Shown: positions 8,488 to 17,737, counted from the first letter of the stretch. The stretch is 32,000 nt of DNA from Candidatus Saccharimonadota bacterium (GCA_016700015.1 CP064995.1:1-32000); one strand, 5' to 3'. Numbers and translations are program-made. The notes: a model not told the origin generated them from the sequence alone.

Positions 8488-9598
8488 CCCATGTTTCGAC
8501 GTGCTCGGAGAACCAGCTATCGCGTGCGCGTCGGAAGTTTTCGGCGAAGAGAAGCGGCGTAGCCAAGCTGGCTTTATCGCTGATAATCCACGGCTGCTCG
8601 CGGTCAAGTATCACTCGGTTGGCGGCAATAAGCGTGCGCACGGCGTCAGATGAATGTGGAACAGTAGGAATAAATCGCTCGTCGATGCTTGCACCGTTTG
8701 CAGCCACACGCCCAAGCACAAAGCGCGCTTTGGTGTTGGTAGCATATTGTTCATGAACGAGCTGGTAGCTATAGCTGCCCTGAGAAAGCATTTCATTGAC
8801 AGCTTCGGTATTCCCCGTGCCATCAATCAGCGCTTGCGCGGCACTACCGAGTTGCTGGTAGAGTGCGGTTTCATCAGCAATGGGATGGTGGTAAAATTCA
8901 ATGTCATCAAGCGGCACCCAATCAGTGACGCTATAGTCTGCACCTTGGTAGCTACCACGCATTACTACCTGTACAAGGGTCTGACCATTCGTTTCATCGT
9001 ACATGCTTTGAACGCCGACAATAGCGGTGGATTTGAGCCCTTTCTTGCCATACGCGTCACCATGTACGGATACCGGTGAGGAAATTGGATGAGCAGATCT
9101 GACGCCAATGGAGCTATTCCACTTTTGTAGTGTATGCAGGTAATCTGCCGTCAGCCACACCGTAGGCTGAGCACTAAGCTGCTGATGCAACTGCTGAGTG
9201 AGCGCACTATCTTCGGGACTTGGCAGTTCTATGAAGAACTTTGCGATCTGTAAGTTATCGGGTGTCAGAGTAGTCGTGTAGCCATAGTCCTCGTCACCAT
9301 TTGGGGAAACATCTAGCTGGATCTGTCCTTTACCAACTGCCAGCTTGGCGATAAACTGCGGCTGGTCGGGGAGCACGTAGCTACGTTTCTCTGTCCAATG
9401 GCCATGACAATCTGAGTCGTGGACACTATAGCTAATAGTGTGTCCTGGAAGATATAGGTAGAACCCCGCTGGGTGTGAGGTGATGACCGTGTCTCGTTCA
9501 CGAGCCTGCAAGAGTGCATGAAGCATGTCGGTGGTGATGTCCTGTAAATTTCCATCGATGCTTTCGATTGCTCGTAGTGGTGCTATTTCGTTATTCAT
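8450..9598 (-). CDS. hypothetical protein (382 aa), second gene of the CYTH-kinase operon
   Basis: Long ORF with an ATGA start/stop overlap with the upstream gene at 9595-9598. No domain recognised. Confidence 0.6.
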   Translation of the reverse strand: MNNEIAPLRAIESIDGNLQDITTDMLHALLQARERDTVITSHPAGFYLYLPGHTISYSVHDSDCHGHWTEKRSYVLPDQPQFIAKLAVGKGQIQLDVSPNGDEDYGYTTTLTPDNLQIAKFFIELPSPEDSALTQQLHQQLSAQPTVWLTADYLHTLQKWNSSIGVRSAHPISSPVSVHGDAYGKKGLKSTAIVGVQSMYDETNGQTLVQVVMRGSYQGADYSVTDWVPLDDIEFYHHPIADETALYQQLGSAAQALIDGTGNTEAVNEMLSQGSYSYQLVHEQYATNTKARFVLGRVAANGASIDERFIPTVPHSSDAVRTLIAANRVILDREQPWIISDKASLATPLLFAENFRRARDSWFSEHVETWVKEPAFPLSQSG

Positions 9599-10755
9599 TG
9601 CGCAACTCCTATAGGACGTAGTTGGTCGCGATAGGCCGGTTCAGCTTCGGTGAGCATGTAGTGAAGGCTTTTTATGGGGTCGGCAAACTCTGGTCGCTCG
9701 CGCATATCGCGCAGCAGTCGTCGTCCGACACAGGTAGCGAGCGGGGTCGTCATTTCGTAGCGGCGGGCAGATGGATGGTAAATGTCTGGACTAAACGCGT
9801 AGATACCCTCGATCAAAATGACCGGCGCGGGCTGCAAGACACCGTCGTAGGTTGGCTCGCAGTTGGTGAAGTTGATATGGCGGCTCCAGACAGGCCGACC
9901 GGCTCGTAGCTCGGCCAGGTCGGCAGCCATGGCCTTAGTGTCGTAAACAATCGGATCATCCCACTTTTCCCAGGGCTGACCTTGGTTATACGCGGTAAGC
10001 CACGTGGCGCCGCGGTGATAATCGTCGGTCGAGATGACAAGGCAGGGCACTCCATGCCGCTCAAGCTGCGTGCGAACTTCCGCCACTAGCGTGCTTTTGC
10101 CAGAGCCTGATCGGCCAGCAATATGCGCCGAGACTACTTCGCCACTTGCTGCGTCAGCGAGCAGATCATTGACTATGTCTGCTGCGACGAGTTCGGGAGA
10201 GAGACTGAATGCTTCGTTGCCGCTGTGTTCGCGACGGAAGCTGAGGTGGGCGATCCACTCATTGCTTGCCGATCGGTCACCGGTAACCTCCATGCAAGCG
10301 ATCGAGTACAAACGATCGAATTCTTCCCAGTTAGCTAGGTTTTCGCTTTCAATGAATACCTGGCCGTTCTCATAGAAATCAATCATGATACCGGGCAGCG
10401 GCTCGGCGCGAAGTTTCCTAACGATTGGCGGCCTACCTTGGCTGTCGCGGTAGTGTCTATAGAGCGCAGCGGGCACCGGAGTTTCAACTTCGATGCGCTG
10501 CATGCCATCGGCGGTTATTGTGCCATTGTCTTTAAGTGTTGCTATGTAGGCAAGTTCGCCCTCGGCATTCAACATCTCACGTAGTCGAAGGCTGAATGGC
10601 TCATCAGGATGACTAAGATAAAACTGCTCGACCGGACGAGCTTCGGCACGAAATTGTTCGAGTTCTTGTGGGAATACGGGCACAAATTTTCGTTCTATTT
10701 CATAGGGCAAATTTCGCTCAAATTCTTTTCTATTTATTATTTTGTCGATCGTCAT
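9595..10755 (-). CDS. CYTH (triphosphate tunnel) domain fused to a uridine kinase/PRK-family P-loop kinase domain
   Basis: N-terminal EIERKF (the ExExK CYTH signature). The C-terminal half has Walker A GRSGSGKST, STDDYH and VILIEGIYAF, typical of the uridine kinase/phosphoribulokinase family. GAAAGG lies 8 nt upstream of ATG 10755. Confidence 0.75.
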   Translation of the reverse strand: MTIDKIINRKEFERNLPYEIERKFVPVFPQELEQFRAEARPVEQFYLSHPDEPFSLRLREMLNAEGELAYIATLKDNGTITADGMQRIEVETPVPAALYRHYRDSQGRPPIVRKLRAEPLPGIMIDFYENGQVFIESENLANWEEFDRLYSIACMEVTGDRSASNEWIAHLSFRREHSGNEAFSLSPELVAADIVNDLLADAASGEVVSAHIAGRSGSGKSTLVAEVRTQLERHGVPCLVISTDDYHRGATWLTAYNQGQPWEKWDDPIVYDTKAMAADLAELRAGRPVWSRHINFTNCEPTYDGVLQPAPVILIEGIYAFSPDIYHPSARRYEMTTPLATCVGRRLLRDMRERPEFADPIKSLHYMLTEAEPAYRDQLRPIGVAQ

Positions 10756-10794
10756 GCAACTAACCTTTCTGTACTAATTTAAGAGTACAATAGC

Positions 10795-10802
10795 AGTATA
10801 AT
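10795..10802. promoter_or_regulatory. overlapping divergent -10 boxes (TATACT minus / TATAAT plus)
   Basis: AGTATAAT: TATAAT at 10797-10802 on the plus strand; the rc of 10795-10800 is TATACT. Both flanking genes also have GAAAGG SD sequences. Confidence 0.4.
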
Positions 10803-10845
10803 GTGTTACCATATCAATAAATAGAAAGGTAATTTTGAGTCAAAT

Positions 10846-11511
10846 ATGATTGAGTTTCATTCCATCGAGCACCATATTCAGCGACATATCATGGGTTACT
10901 TGATGCACCACGAAACCGCTCGCTTCCGTGACCTGCGTCCGCCGCGTGTAGACACCAACTTATTTAGCTATCACCTTAAGTTGCTGCAAAAATCTCACTT
11001 TGTTGAAAAAGGAGAATTGGGCTATACATTAGGCGCCAAGGGGCTGCAATACGTCGACAGAGTCACTGCCGACAAAATGCGGGTGCGCACGCAACCCAAA
11101 ATCATCACGATGCTTCTTGTGCAGGACGGCTATGGTAAAGTGCTTTTGCAAAAGCGTGATAAACAGCCCTACATTAACACCTGGACATTACCCTACGGCA
11201 AACTTCATATCGACGATGTGTCGGTACTGGCAGCGGCTCGTCGCGAGGCAAATGAAAAGTTGAGCTTTGATCCGCATAAGCTTTCACATGTCGGTGATTG
11301 CTATATTAGAGTGATGCAGAACGATGAGGTCGAAAGTACCACGCTTGTGCATGTGGTGCGGTTTGAAACTGATGCCGTGCTTGCCACTGACAGCCTGCAG
11401 TGGGTAGAGCCGCTCGAACTTTCCACACTTCGGCTTGCCCCGGCTGTAGAAAAAATCGTCACCAGAGCTTTTTTTGGCGACGATTTCTTTTTCGAAGAAT
11501 TTGTAGCTTAG
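10846..11511 (+). CDS. winged-helix (MarR/ArsR-like) N-terminal domain plus degenerate Nudix-like domain; putative regulator
   Basis: The N-terminus (HIMGYLMHHETARFRDLRP...FSYHLKLLQKSHFVEK) looks like a wHTH. The C-terminal part has a partial Nudix box (GKLHIDDVSVLAAARREANEKLSF). Confidence 0.55.
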   Translation: MIEFHSIEHHIQRHIMGYLMHHETARFRDLRPPRVDTNLFSYHLKLLQKSHFVEKGELGYTLGAKGLQYVDRVTADKMRVRTQPKIITMLLVQDGYGKVLLQKRDKQPYINTWTLPYGKLHIDDVSVLAAARREANEKLSFDPHKLSHVGDCYIRVMQNDEVESTTLVHVVRFETDAVLATDSLQWVEPLELSTLRLAPAVEKIVTRAFFGDDFFFEEFVA

Positions 11512-12014
11512 GTCGATAGATAACAAGTGATGTTGTAGCCGGCAGAGCTGTTGCCCGATGTGCCACCGACATTAACCGTGGCAAAGTTTGAGTTTGTGTA
11601 GTCGTAGTAGCGTATTTGCGCACCGGTTACAACAGTGACAGTCGCAAGGCTTGTCGCGGCTGCAGCTGCAGCGGTCCCGCACCGGTAGTAATTATGCGTA
11701 GAAGGAGTTGCCGGGGCGGTGGTAGTAATGGCCGTTCCCGATACAGTAACACCAGTAAGATAATAGGAAAGTCCAGCGGCACCAGCACCGGTGAGTGTGG
11801 TTGAGACAGCAGGATAACTGCCTTGCTCAGTTGCATAGAGGTGCGCTTTTTTGGCAAAGCTATTGGCAGAGCTCTGGGCACTCGATGTATTAGCGCGTCG
11901 CTGAACACCGTTGAATGCCACGATAGTGATAGCCGCCAGAATAGCGATGATAATAATGACGATGAGGAGTTCGATAATAGTGAAAGCTGGTTGAGTAGTA
12001 TGCCCACGTTTCAT
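11508..12014 (-). CDS. type IV pilin / pseudopilin-like protein (prepilin-type N-terminal methylation domain)
   Basis: MKRGHTTQPA-FTIIELLIVIIIIAILAAITIVAF is a class III signal peptide followed by a hydrophobic alpha-1 helix with Glu at +5. Confidence 0.85.
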   Translation of the reverse strand: MKRGHTTQPAFTIIELLIVIIIIAILAAITIVAFNGVQRRANTSSAQSSANSFAKKAHLYATEQGSYPAVSTTLTGAGAAGLSYYLTGVTVSGTAITTTAPATPSTHNYYRCGTAAAAAATSLATVTVVTGAQIRYYDYTNSNFATVNVGGTSGNSSAGYNITCYLST

Positions 12015-12020
12015 AACGAT

Positions 12021-12049
12021 AGTGTAACAAGCATAACAATAATCAGCAA
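12021..12049 (-). promoter_or_regulatory. pilin gene promoter (TTGCTG-17-TACACT), with the ATG 6 nt downstream
   Basis: The rc of 12044-12049 is TTGCTG, the spacer is 17 nt, the rc of 12021-12026 is TACACT, followed by ATCGTT and ATG 12014. Confidence 0.5.
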
Positions 12050-12093
12050 TAGGCGATGTGTTTTTGTGGTGAACACTGACGAGTGGTCACCAC

Positions 12094-13359
12094 TCAGTCG
12101 ATTGATTGGGGATGAACCGCTTGACGAACCCACTCGTCAATATCGCCCGCACCCATACACACCACCAGCTTGCCATTGGTGCGAGCCCATTCTATGTGTT
12201 CCCGCAGTTTGTCGTCTAGTTCGGCGTAGGTTACACGGTTGCGGTTGGTTAGGCGTGCCGTTAATTCTTGCGGCAGTAGCATTGGCAGCGAGGGGTCTTC
12301 GCGGGACCGATAGGTAGGTAGCCAATAGATTTCCTCAGCCAGCTCCATACAGGTGGTGTAGCCACTGCGCACATTGTGTTGACGAGTATTTTGATGTGGT
12401 TGGTAAACGAGTACGACGTGTTCGCTTAGCTCTCTCGCGAGTTGCAATGTAGCGGCAATCTCGACAGGGTGGTGGCCATAGTCGGTGTATAAGTTATCTG
12501 CGAGCTTCTCAAATCGCCGCGATGTTCCCGGGAACGATTCCACGGCGTGCTTTATAAGCGCAGCATCTCCGAAGCCAAGGTATTCGCAGAGCTTTGCTAC
12601 CAGTGTAGCATTTGCACGATTATGTTGTCCGGCGATTGAAAAGTCGAGTATCTCTGGGTCATGTAATAGCCATGAATGACGGCTGGGTCGAACATCGATT
12701 ACTGTATCACGTTCCCACATAATTGTGTGTTGCGACTGAGCGATAAACTGAGTAAACGCGTCGGCATAGGTACGCTGAGTGGGGTAGGTGTCGGGGTGAT
12801 CATAGTCAATGCTGGTAATCAGTGAAACATAGGGGTTAAAATGCAGAAAATTGCGATCGTACTCGTCGCATTCGTAGACAAAGTAGTCGCTTTCTGGATC
12901 GAGGTGTCCACTGGGGGCGAAGCTCATTGTACTGCCCACTGAGTAGCTCACTGGCACACCAAGCTGGCGTAATGTCCAGACCGCCATAGCTGTTGTGGTT
13001 GTTTTGCCATGTGTACCTGCGACAGCAATAAGCTTTAAATCTTTTTCTTTGATAATACGACCGAGCAGCTCGTCACGCTTGGCAGTATAAATGCCCATTT
13101 CGCGAGCCTTAGTGAGCTCGGGGTGGTCGGAGGGGAGCGAAGCGGTGTAGACGACCATGTCGATCGGCTGACTCACGTGACAACGCTCCAAAAACGCTCC
13201 AGACTGGTCGTTTGAGATTGCGACTCCCTGTGCGCGCAGCTCATTAGTAACAAGACTGTCATGGAGGTCACTCCCCTGAATTTTGTGTCCTGCGTCGCGA
13301 GCAATCTCGGCCAAAGGGCCAATTCCGACGCCACCAATGCCGGAGAAGTAGATGTTCAT
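12094..13359 (-). CDS. murC: UDP-N-acetylmuramate--L-alanine ligase (Mur ligase family)
   Basis: MNIYFSGIGGVGIGPLA (Rossmann), VAGTHGKTTTTAM (P-loop), ECDEYDRNF and IDYDHPD motifs. I set the start to ATG 13359, not the track start 13419. Confidence 0.8.
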   Translation of the reverse strand: MNIYFSGIGGVGIGPLAEIARDAGHKIQGSDLHDSLVTNELRAQGVAISNDQSGAFLERCHVSQPIDMVVYTASLPSDHPELTKAREMGIYTAKRDELLGRIIKEKDLKLIAVAGTHGKTTTTAMAVWTLRQLGVPVSYSVGSTMSFAPSGHLDPESDYFVYECDEYDRNFLHFNPYVSLITSIDYDHPDTYPTQRTYADAFTQFIAQSQHTIMWERDTVIDVRPSRHSWLLHDPEILDFSIAGQHNRANATLVAKLCEYLGFGDAALIKHAVESFPGTSRRFEKLADNLYTDYGHHPVEIAATLQLARELSEHVVLVYQPHQNTRQHNVRSGYTTCMELAEEIYWLPTYRSREDPSLPMLLPQELTARLTNRNRVTYAELDDKLREHIEWARTNGKLVVCMGAGDIDEWVRQAVHPQSID

Positions 13360-13407
13360 ACGTGTAGTATACCACGAGCGGTATGATATACTACGGAGTA
13401 GAAACTG

Positions 13408-14634
13408 GTGGAAATACAAATAGATATGTTAAGGCGAATTATATATAGGTTACTGCGCCATCGTCATTATTGGCGTTACGTCAATTTCAGTGAGATGGCC
13501 GAGCTATACACCTCACGTCTCATGACGATCTTTGCTGCTAATCTAGTCAACCTGTTTGCAGCGGTGTATTTGTATAAGTTGGGCTATGGCGTCGCGTTCA
13601 TCGCATTATTTTATGCGGCAACTTTTTTGCTGAAAGTCCCGGTTTCGTATCTCGCCGCACAGTATGCGGCTTTCTTTGGTCCTAAGCACGGCATTTTGCT
13701 TGCTAATATACTCCGTATACCCTCGCTGGTCGCGTTTGCGCTCGTGCCGCTTTATGGCCTACCTGCACTGCTTGTATTCGGTGTGCTCCAGCAGATTTCG
13801 ATAGCTATCTACGATCTGTGTTACATGGTTGATTTTTCTAAAGTGAAACATAGTATGCATGCGGGTAAAGAGCTTGGCATGATGCAGATTGTCGAAAAGA
13901 CTGCTCGCGTAGGCAGCCCGTTGATTGGTGGTGTGATTGCATCGCTGTACTCGCCACAGGTGACAATTGTGCTCGCGAGCGTGATGTTCCTGCTTGCGGC
14001 GGTGCCACTATTCAAAACAGTCGAGCCAACGATGACACGTGTCCCGCTGCGTATGTCAGGCTTTCCGTGGCGGCTTGCGATGCCGAGTCTTTTGGGACAA
14101 AGTGTGGTTGGTTTCGATTTTATTATCAGTGGTATGGCCTGGACTCTTTTTGTCACCATCGTGATCTTTAGTGGTATGGGTGACGCAGTTTACGCAGCAC
14201 TTGGAGCTCTCGCGTCACTTGGCGTACTAGTGTCAATGCTTACCGCGTGGGTATTTGGGCGTATTGTAGATAAGAATCAGGGTAAAATACTGCTTACAGT
14301 CGGCATTGTGCTAAATACTATCCTCCACATGTTCAGACCATTTGTCACATCTGTCGCTGGGGTCTTGGGAGTAAATATTGTCAACGAAACCGCGACGAGC
14401 GCTTATGTGCTGCCGTTCATGCGACATGTGTTTGATGTTGCCGATACCTCTGGTTTTCGGATTACCTACATGATGTATATGGAAGTCGCACTCAATATTG
14501 GTGCAGCGCTGGGTTGCGCGGTGTTGTACCTCTGTGTCGTATCACTTGGTGTGCAGTACGGCCTCATGGCGACGTTTGTGATGGCGGCTGTCTACGAATT
14601 GCTACTTTTGGTTTCGCGTCGAGCAGTTCGGTAG
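13408..14634 (+). CDS. polytopic membrane transporter, MFS-like
   Basis: About 400 aa with 10-12 hydrophobic helices. GTG 13408 has GGAG 9 nt upstream; the alternative is ATG 13426. The family assignment is tentative. Confidence 0.55.
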   Translation: MEIQIDMLRRIIYRLLRHRHYWRYVNFSEMAELYTSRLMTIFAANLVNLFAAVYLYKLGYGVAFIALFYAATFLLKVPVSYLAAQYAAFFGPKHGILLANILRIPSLVAFALVPLYGLPALLVFGVLQQISIAIYDLCYMVDFSKVKHSMHAGKELGMMQIVEKTARVGSPLIGGVIASLYSPQVTIVLASVMFLLAAVPLFKTVEPTMTRVPLRMSGFPWRLAMPSLLGQSVVGFDFIISGMAWTLFVTIVIFSGMGDAVYAALGALASLGVLVSMLTAWVFGRIVDKNQGKILLTVGIVLNTILHMFRPFVTSVAGVLGVNIVNETATSAYVLPFMRHVFDVADTSGFRITYMMYMEVALNIGAALGCAVLYLCVVSLGVQYGLMATFVMAAVYELLLLVSRRAVR

Positions 14635-14676
14635 GTGCTATACTATAAATACTAGCAGATAGGTGGGGTATTTTTA

Positions 14677-15309
14677 GTGGCCGATAGGCAAAGTGTAAAA
14701 AAAAGCATCAAACGGCTACAGCGGGTAAGGACCTGGCAGCTTTTGATAGTTCTGATACTTATGTGTTTTGTCGCAGCGACGTTTTTGCGGCTCAACAACA
14801 CTGGTATGATCGCCAGGCGCAATGCTGTCGCCGATGCTGACAAATCTGGTAACACCAATGAAATCGCTGCGCGTATATACGATTTACAGCGCTTTTCATC
14901 AGCCCATATGAATGCCGATAGCGGCGTATTCTACCTACAGGAGCAGTACAATCGTGACGTTAAAAAGCAGGCTGACGAAGCAGGTACAAATGGCTCAGTT
15001 CGAGCACTAGCGATCCGTAAAGAAGCCGATGCAGTCTGTAAACCACAGTTCTATGGCTGGTCGCCAGCATACGTGCGTTGTTATGTGAATGAACTTAATA
15101 AACACGGTGCCAATGAAATCAGTGAATCTGAGCTTCTGTTACCCAATTCCGCGCTTTATCGCTACAGCTTTGTATCGCCGCTGTGGTCGCCGGACTTTGC
15201 TGGCTGGTCTATAGTTGGTTGCTTGGTTATTCTGATTATGATTACGACTCGACTGATCACCCTAGGGATACTACGGCTTTTGCTCCGCCGTCACTACGAA
15301 CAACTGTGA
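14677..15309 (+). CDS. hypothetical membrane protein (N- and C-terminal TM helices)
   Basis: GTG start with AGGTGGGG upstream and a TGA stop. No family recognised. Confidence 0.5.
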   Translation: MADRQSVKKSIKRLQRVRTWQLLIVLILMCFVAATFLRLNNTGMIARRNAVADADKSGNTNEIAARIYDLQRFSSAHMNADSGVFYLQEQYNRDVKKQADEAGTNGSVRALAIRKEADAVCKPQFYGWSPAYVRCYVNELNKHGANEISESELLLPNSALYRYSFVSPLWSPDFAGWSIVGCLVILIMITTRLITLGILRLLLRRHYEQL

Positions 15310-15338
15310 CATTTATAGCAACTTGGGTGTAATACCTG

Positions 15339-15367
15339 TTGACACCACCTCTAGGGTACGCTAAGCT
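15339..15367 (+). promoter_or_regulatory. sigma-70-type promoter (TTGACA-17-TAAGCT)
   Basis: Consensus -35 at 15339-15344, exact 17-nt spacer, -10 at 15362-15367, upstream of the 68-aa gene. Confidence 0.55.
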
Positions 15368-15401
15368 AACTCTGTAAGACGCTAATAGGAGGTATAACTT
15401 T

Positions 15402-15608
15402 ATGGCTTACAAGCACACTAACTCAAAGGGTGTAACATACTACCTGCACAAGACCGAAGTCACTCTTCGCGGTGGTAAACCACAAACTATCTACTTCTTC
15501 GCGAAGGTAGAAAAGAACGCTAAAGGGACTCCAGTAGACCTACCTAGCGACCGCGTAGTCAAAGAAAACCCACGCAACGGTTTCTTGACTGTATCAAAGA
15601 AAAAATAG
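15402..15608 (+). CDS. small basic protein (68 aa), conserved-hypothetical type
   Basis: It has its own near-consensus promoter, AGGAGG at 15387-15392 (9-nt spacing) and an intrinsic terminator directly downstream. Confidence 0.65.
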   Translation: MAYKHTNSKGVTYYLHKTEVTLRGGKPQTIYFFAKVEKNAKGTPVDLPSDRVVKENPRNGFLTVSKKK

Positions 15609-15634
15609 TTCGTACCTTTTTGGTCGAAACCGCA

Positions 15635-15658
15635 CCCCCAGCTACGGCTGGGGGTTTT
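15635..15658 (+). terminator. intrinsic terminator after the 68-aa gene
   Basis: CCCCCAGC (15635-15642) / GCTGGGGG (15647-15654), loop TACG, then TTTT. Confidence 0.75.
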
Positions 15659-15778
15659 GCGTAGGGTGTGGAAAACTATATTTCACAAAAAGCTTGCGCT
15701 TGTTTCAATACCATAGTATGCTAGGGGTACAAACAAACAGGTGCTAAATTAGTCCCTTTAGGGCTATCCGTGTTGGAC

Positions 15779-15796
15779 GCCCTTAAGGGGCTTTTT
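15779..15796 (+). terminator. second small hairpin with T-run (orphan terminator or leader element)
   Basis: GCCCTTAAGGGGC followed by TTTTT, located 120 nt after the first terminator and 30 nt before the ABC ATPase start. Confidence 0.4.
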
Positions 15797-15827
15797 GTTA
15801 TAGTTGACGATCGGTTATACTAGGGCC

Positions 15828-16583
15828 ATGAGTACTATCATTAACGTCAAAAACTTGACCAAGTGTTACGACGATAAGCCCGTCGTCGACGGAATCAGCT
15901 TCGAGGTCAAAAAGGGTGAAATATTCGGTATTCTCGGCCCTAACGGCGCAGGCAAGACAACCACGCTTGAAATGATGGAAGCCTTGCGACCAATCGACCA
16001 AGGCAGTGTAACGATTGCCGGCATTGATGTCGCGTCGCGACCAGCTGAAATCAAGGAAATTGTCGGCATTCAGTTACAATCGACCAGCTTTCTCGATAAG
16101 TTGACACTACGTGAGCAGCTACGGATGTTTGACAGTCTGTATGGTACCGAAGCCAACCCAGATGAGTTACTGGCCGATGTTCAGCTAAGTGATAAAGCCA
16201 AAAGTTACGTCGAACAGCTCTCTGGTGGTCAGCAACAGCGCTTTAGTATCGCTGCGGCGCTTATTAATCAGCCGAAGGTATTATTTCTTGACGAGCCCAC
16301 CACTGGGCTTGATCCGCAGGCCCGTCGCAATCTTTGGGAACTAATTCAGGGGATCAAGAAGCGAGGAATTACGGTGGTGTTAACCACACACTATATGGAA
16401 GAGGCAGAACTGCTGTGTGACCGACTGGCAATTATGGATGAAGGTAAAATCATCACCATCGACACACCAAAAAATCTCATCAAACAGCTGCTGAGGCGCG
16501 GATTTACCAAGCCGCAAACGGTACAGCAGGCGAATTTGGAAGACGTGTTTATTGATCTGACAGGAAGGGCGATTCGAGACTAA
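15828..16583 (+). CDS. ABC transporter ATP-binding protein (ABC-2/DrrA-like)
   Basis: Walker A GPNGAGKTT, signature LSGGQQQR, Walker B VLFLDEPT. I prefer ATG 15828 (MSTIINVKNL...) over the track's TTG 15804. Confidence 0.9.
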   Translation: MSTIINVKNLTKCYDDKPVVDGISFEVKKGEIFGILGPNGAGKTTTLEMMEALRPIDQGSVTIAGIDVASRPAEIKEIVGIQLQSTSFLDKLTLREQLRMFDSLYGTEANPDELLADVQLSDKAKSYVEQLSGGQQQRFSIAAALINQPKVLFLDEPTTGLDPQARRNLWELIQGIKKRGITVVLTTHYMEEAELLCDRLAIMDEGKIITIDTPKNLIKQLLRRGFTKPQTVQQANLEDVFIDLTGRAIRD

Positions 16584-16585
16584 TT

Positions 16586-17689
16586 ATGAAACGATACATA
16601 CAAGGAGTAGTTGGCCTTTTCGTAGCGTATCAGCGCCGCTTTTATCGCGACAAGACTGCTATGTTCTTCACTTTTCTATTCCCATTGATTTTTCTGTTTG
16701 TGTTTGGCTCAATTTTCAACAACAACGATATCAGCTTTCGGGTAGCATTGATAAACCGTTCGCAGAATCAGTTTGCAACTGACTTTGTTGCCAAGATTAA
16801 AAAAGACAGCAGCTTCAAGGTCAGCGAAAGCATCACGACATTCGATGATGCTAAGCTTCGGATGAGTCGGGGCGAGATTGATACTATCATTGAGCTACCA
16901 GAATCTTTTGGTGCCATTAATCCTCAACAAGTGCCAGCGGGTGCATTGAAGGTCTATTATCAGCAGGGCAGCGAGCAATCGGGTCAAACAGTTGCCGCGG
17001 TGATGCAGCAGGTGCTCGACGGCATTAATCGGCAGCTTGGTCGTCCCGACCCGGCGCTCAGTGTTGAACGGGTATCGACAGGCGCCAAGGGTGCCAGTAG
17101 TTTCGACTATACCTTTTCGGGCTTACTCGGATTTACCATCTTAAGTATGGGTATTTTTGGGCTTGCAAACTCGATGCCACAAGAAAAGCAAAAAGGTGCG
17201 TTTCGACGGCTGCGTGCTTCGCCATTTCGCACCAGCCAGCTCATCAGTGCAAATGCATTGCACTACTTGGTGGTTGGCGTGCTGAGTGTTGCGCTTATGG
17301 TGATCATCGGTGTGACAGTGTTTCACTTCCAACTTCGCGGTAGTTGGCTGGTCTTTGCGGTATATACACTCGTGTCGGTTGCCACGATGCTTGGTTTTGG
17401 GTTGCTGATTGGTGGTTGGGCCAAGAACGAAAATCAGTCGGCGCCGTTATCGAACCTCGTGTCGTTTCCTATGATGTTTCTCTCGGGTACATTTTTCCCA
17501 CGCTTCTTGTTCCCGGAGTGGCTACAGGGCGTGACCGCCTACCTACCGCTCACCCCAGTCATAGAGGGTTTGCGACGGATTATGACCGAGCATGCCACGT
17601 TGATTGATGTATTACCTCAGTTTGGGCTGATAGTGCTCTGGGGTATTGTAATCTACTTCTTGGCGATTCGACTGTTCCGCTGGGAATAA
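16586..17689 (+). CDS. ABC-2 type transporter permease
   Basis: It starts 2 nt after the ATPase stop. One N-terminal TM helix, a large extracytoplasmic loop and five C-terminal TM helices, which is the typical ABC-2 layout. Confidence 0.85.
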   Translation: MKRYIQGVVGLFVAYQRRFYRDKTAMFFTFLFPLIFLFVFGSIFNNNDISFRVALINRSQNQFATDFVAKIKKDSSFKVSESITTFDDAKLRMSRGEIDTIIELPESFGAINPQQVPAGALKVYYQQGSEQSGQTVAAVMQQVLDGINRQLGRPDPALSVERVSTGAKGASSFDYTFSGLLGFTILSMGIFGLANSMPQEKQKGAFRRLRASPFRTSQLISANALHYLVVGVLSVALMVIIGVTVFHFQLRGSWLVFAVYTLVSVATMLGFGLLIGGWAKNENQSAPLSNLVSFPMMFLSGTFFPRFLFPEWLQGVTAYLPLTPVIEGLRRIMTEHATLIDVLPQFGLIVLWGIVIYFLAIRLFRWE

Positions 17690-17737
17690 CGACATACTAT
17701 TGCATTTTATTAAAGCTTGTGCTATAATAGTGTACAT

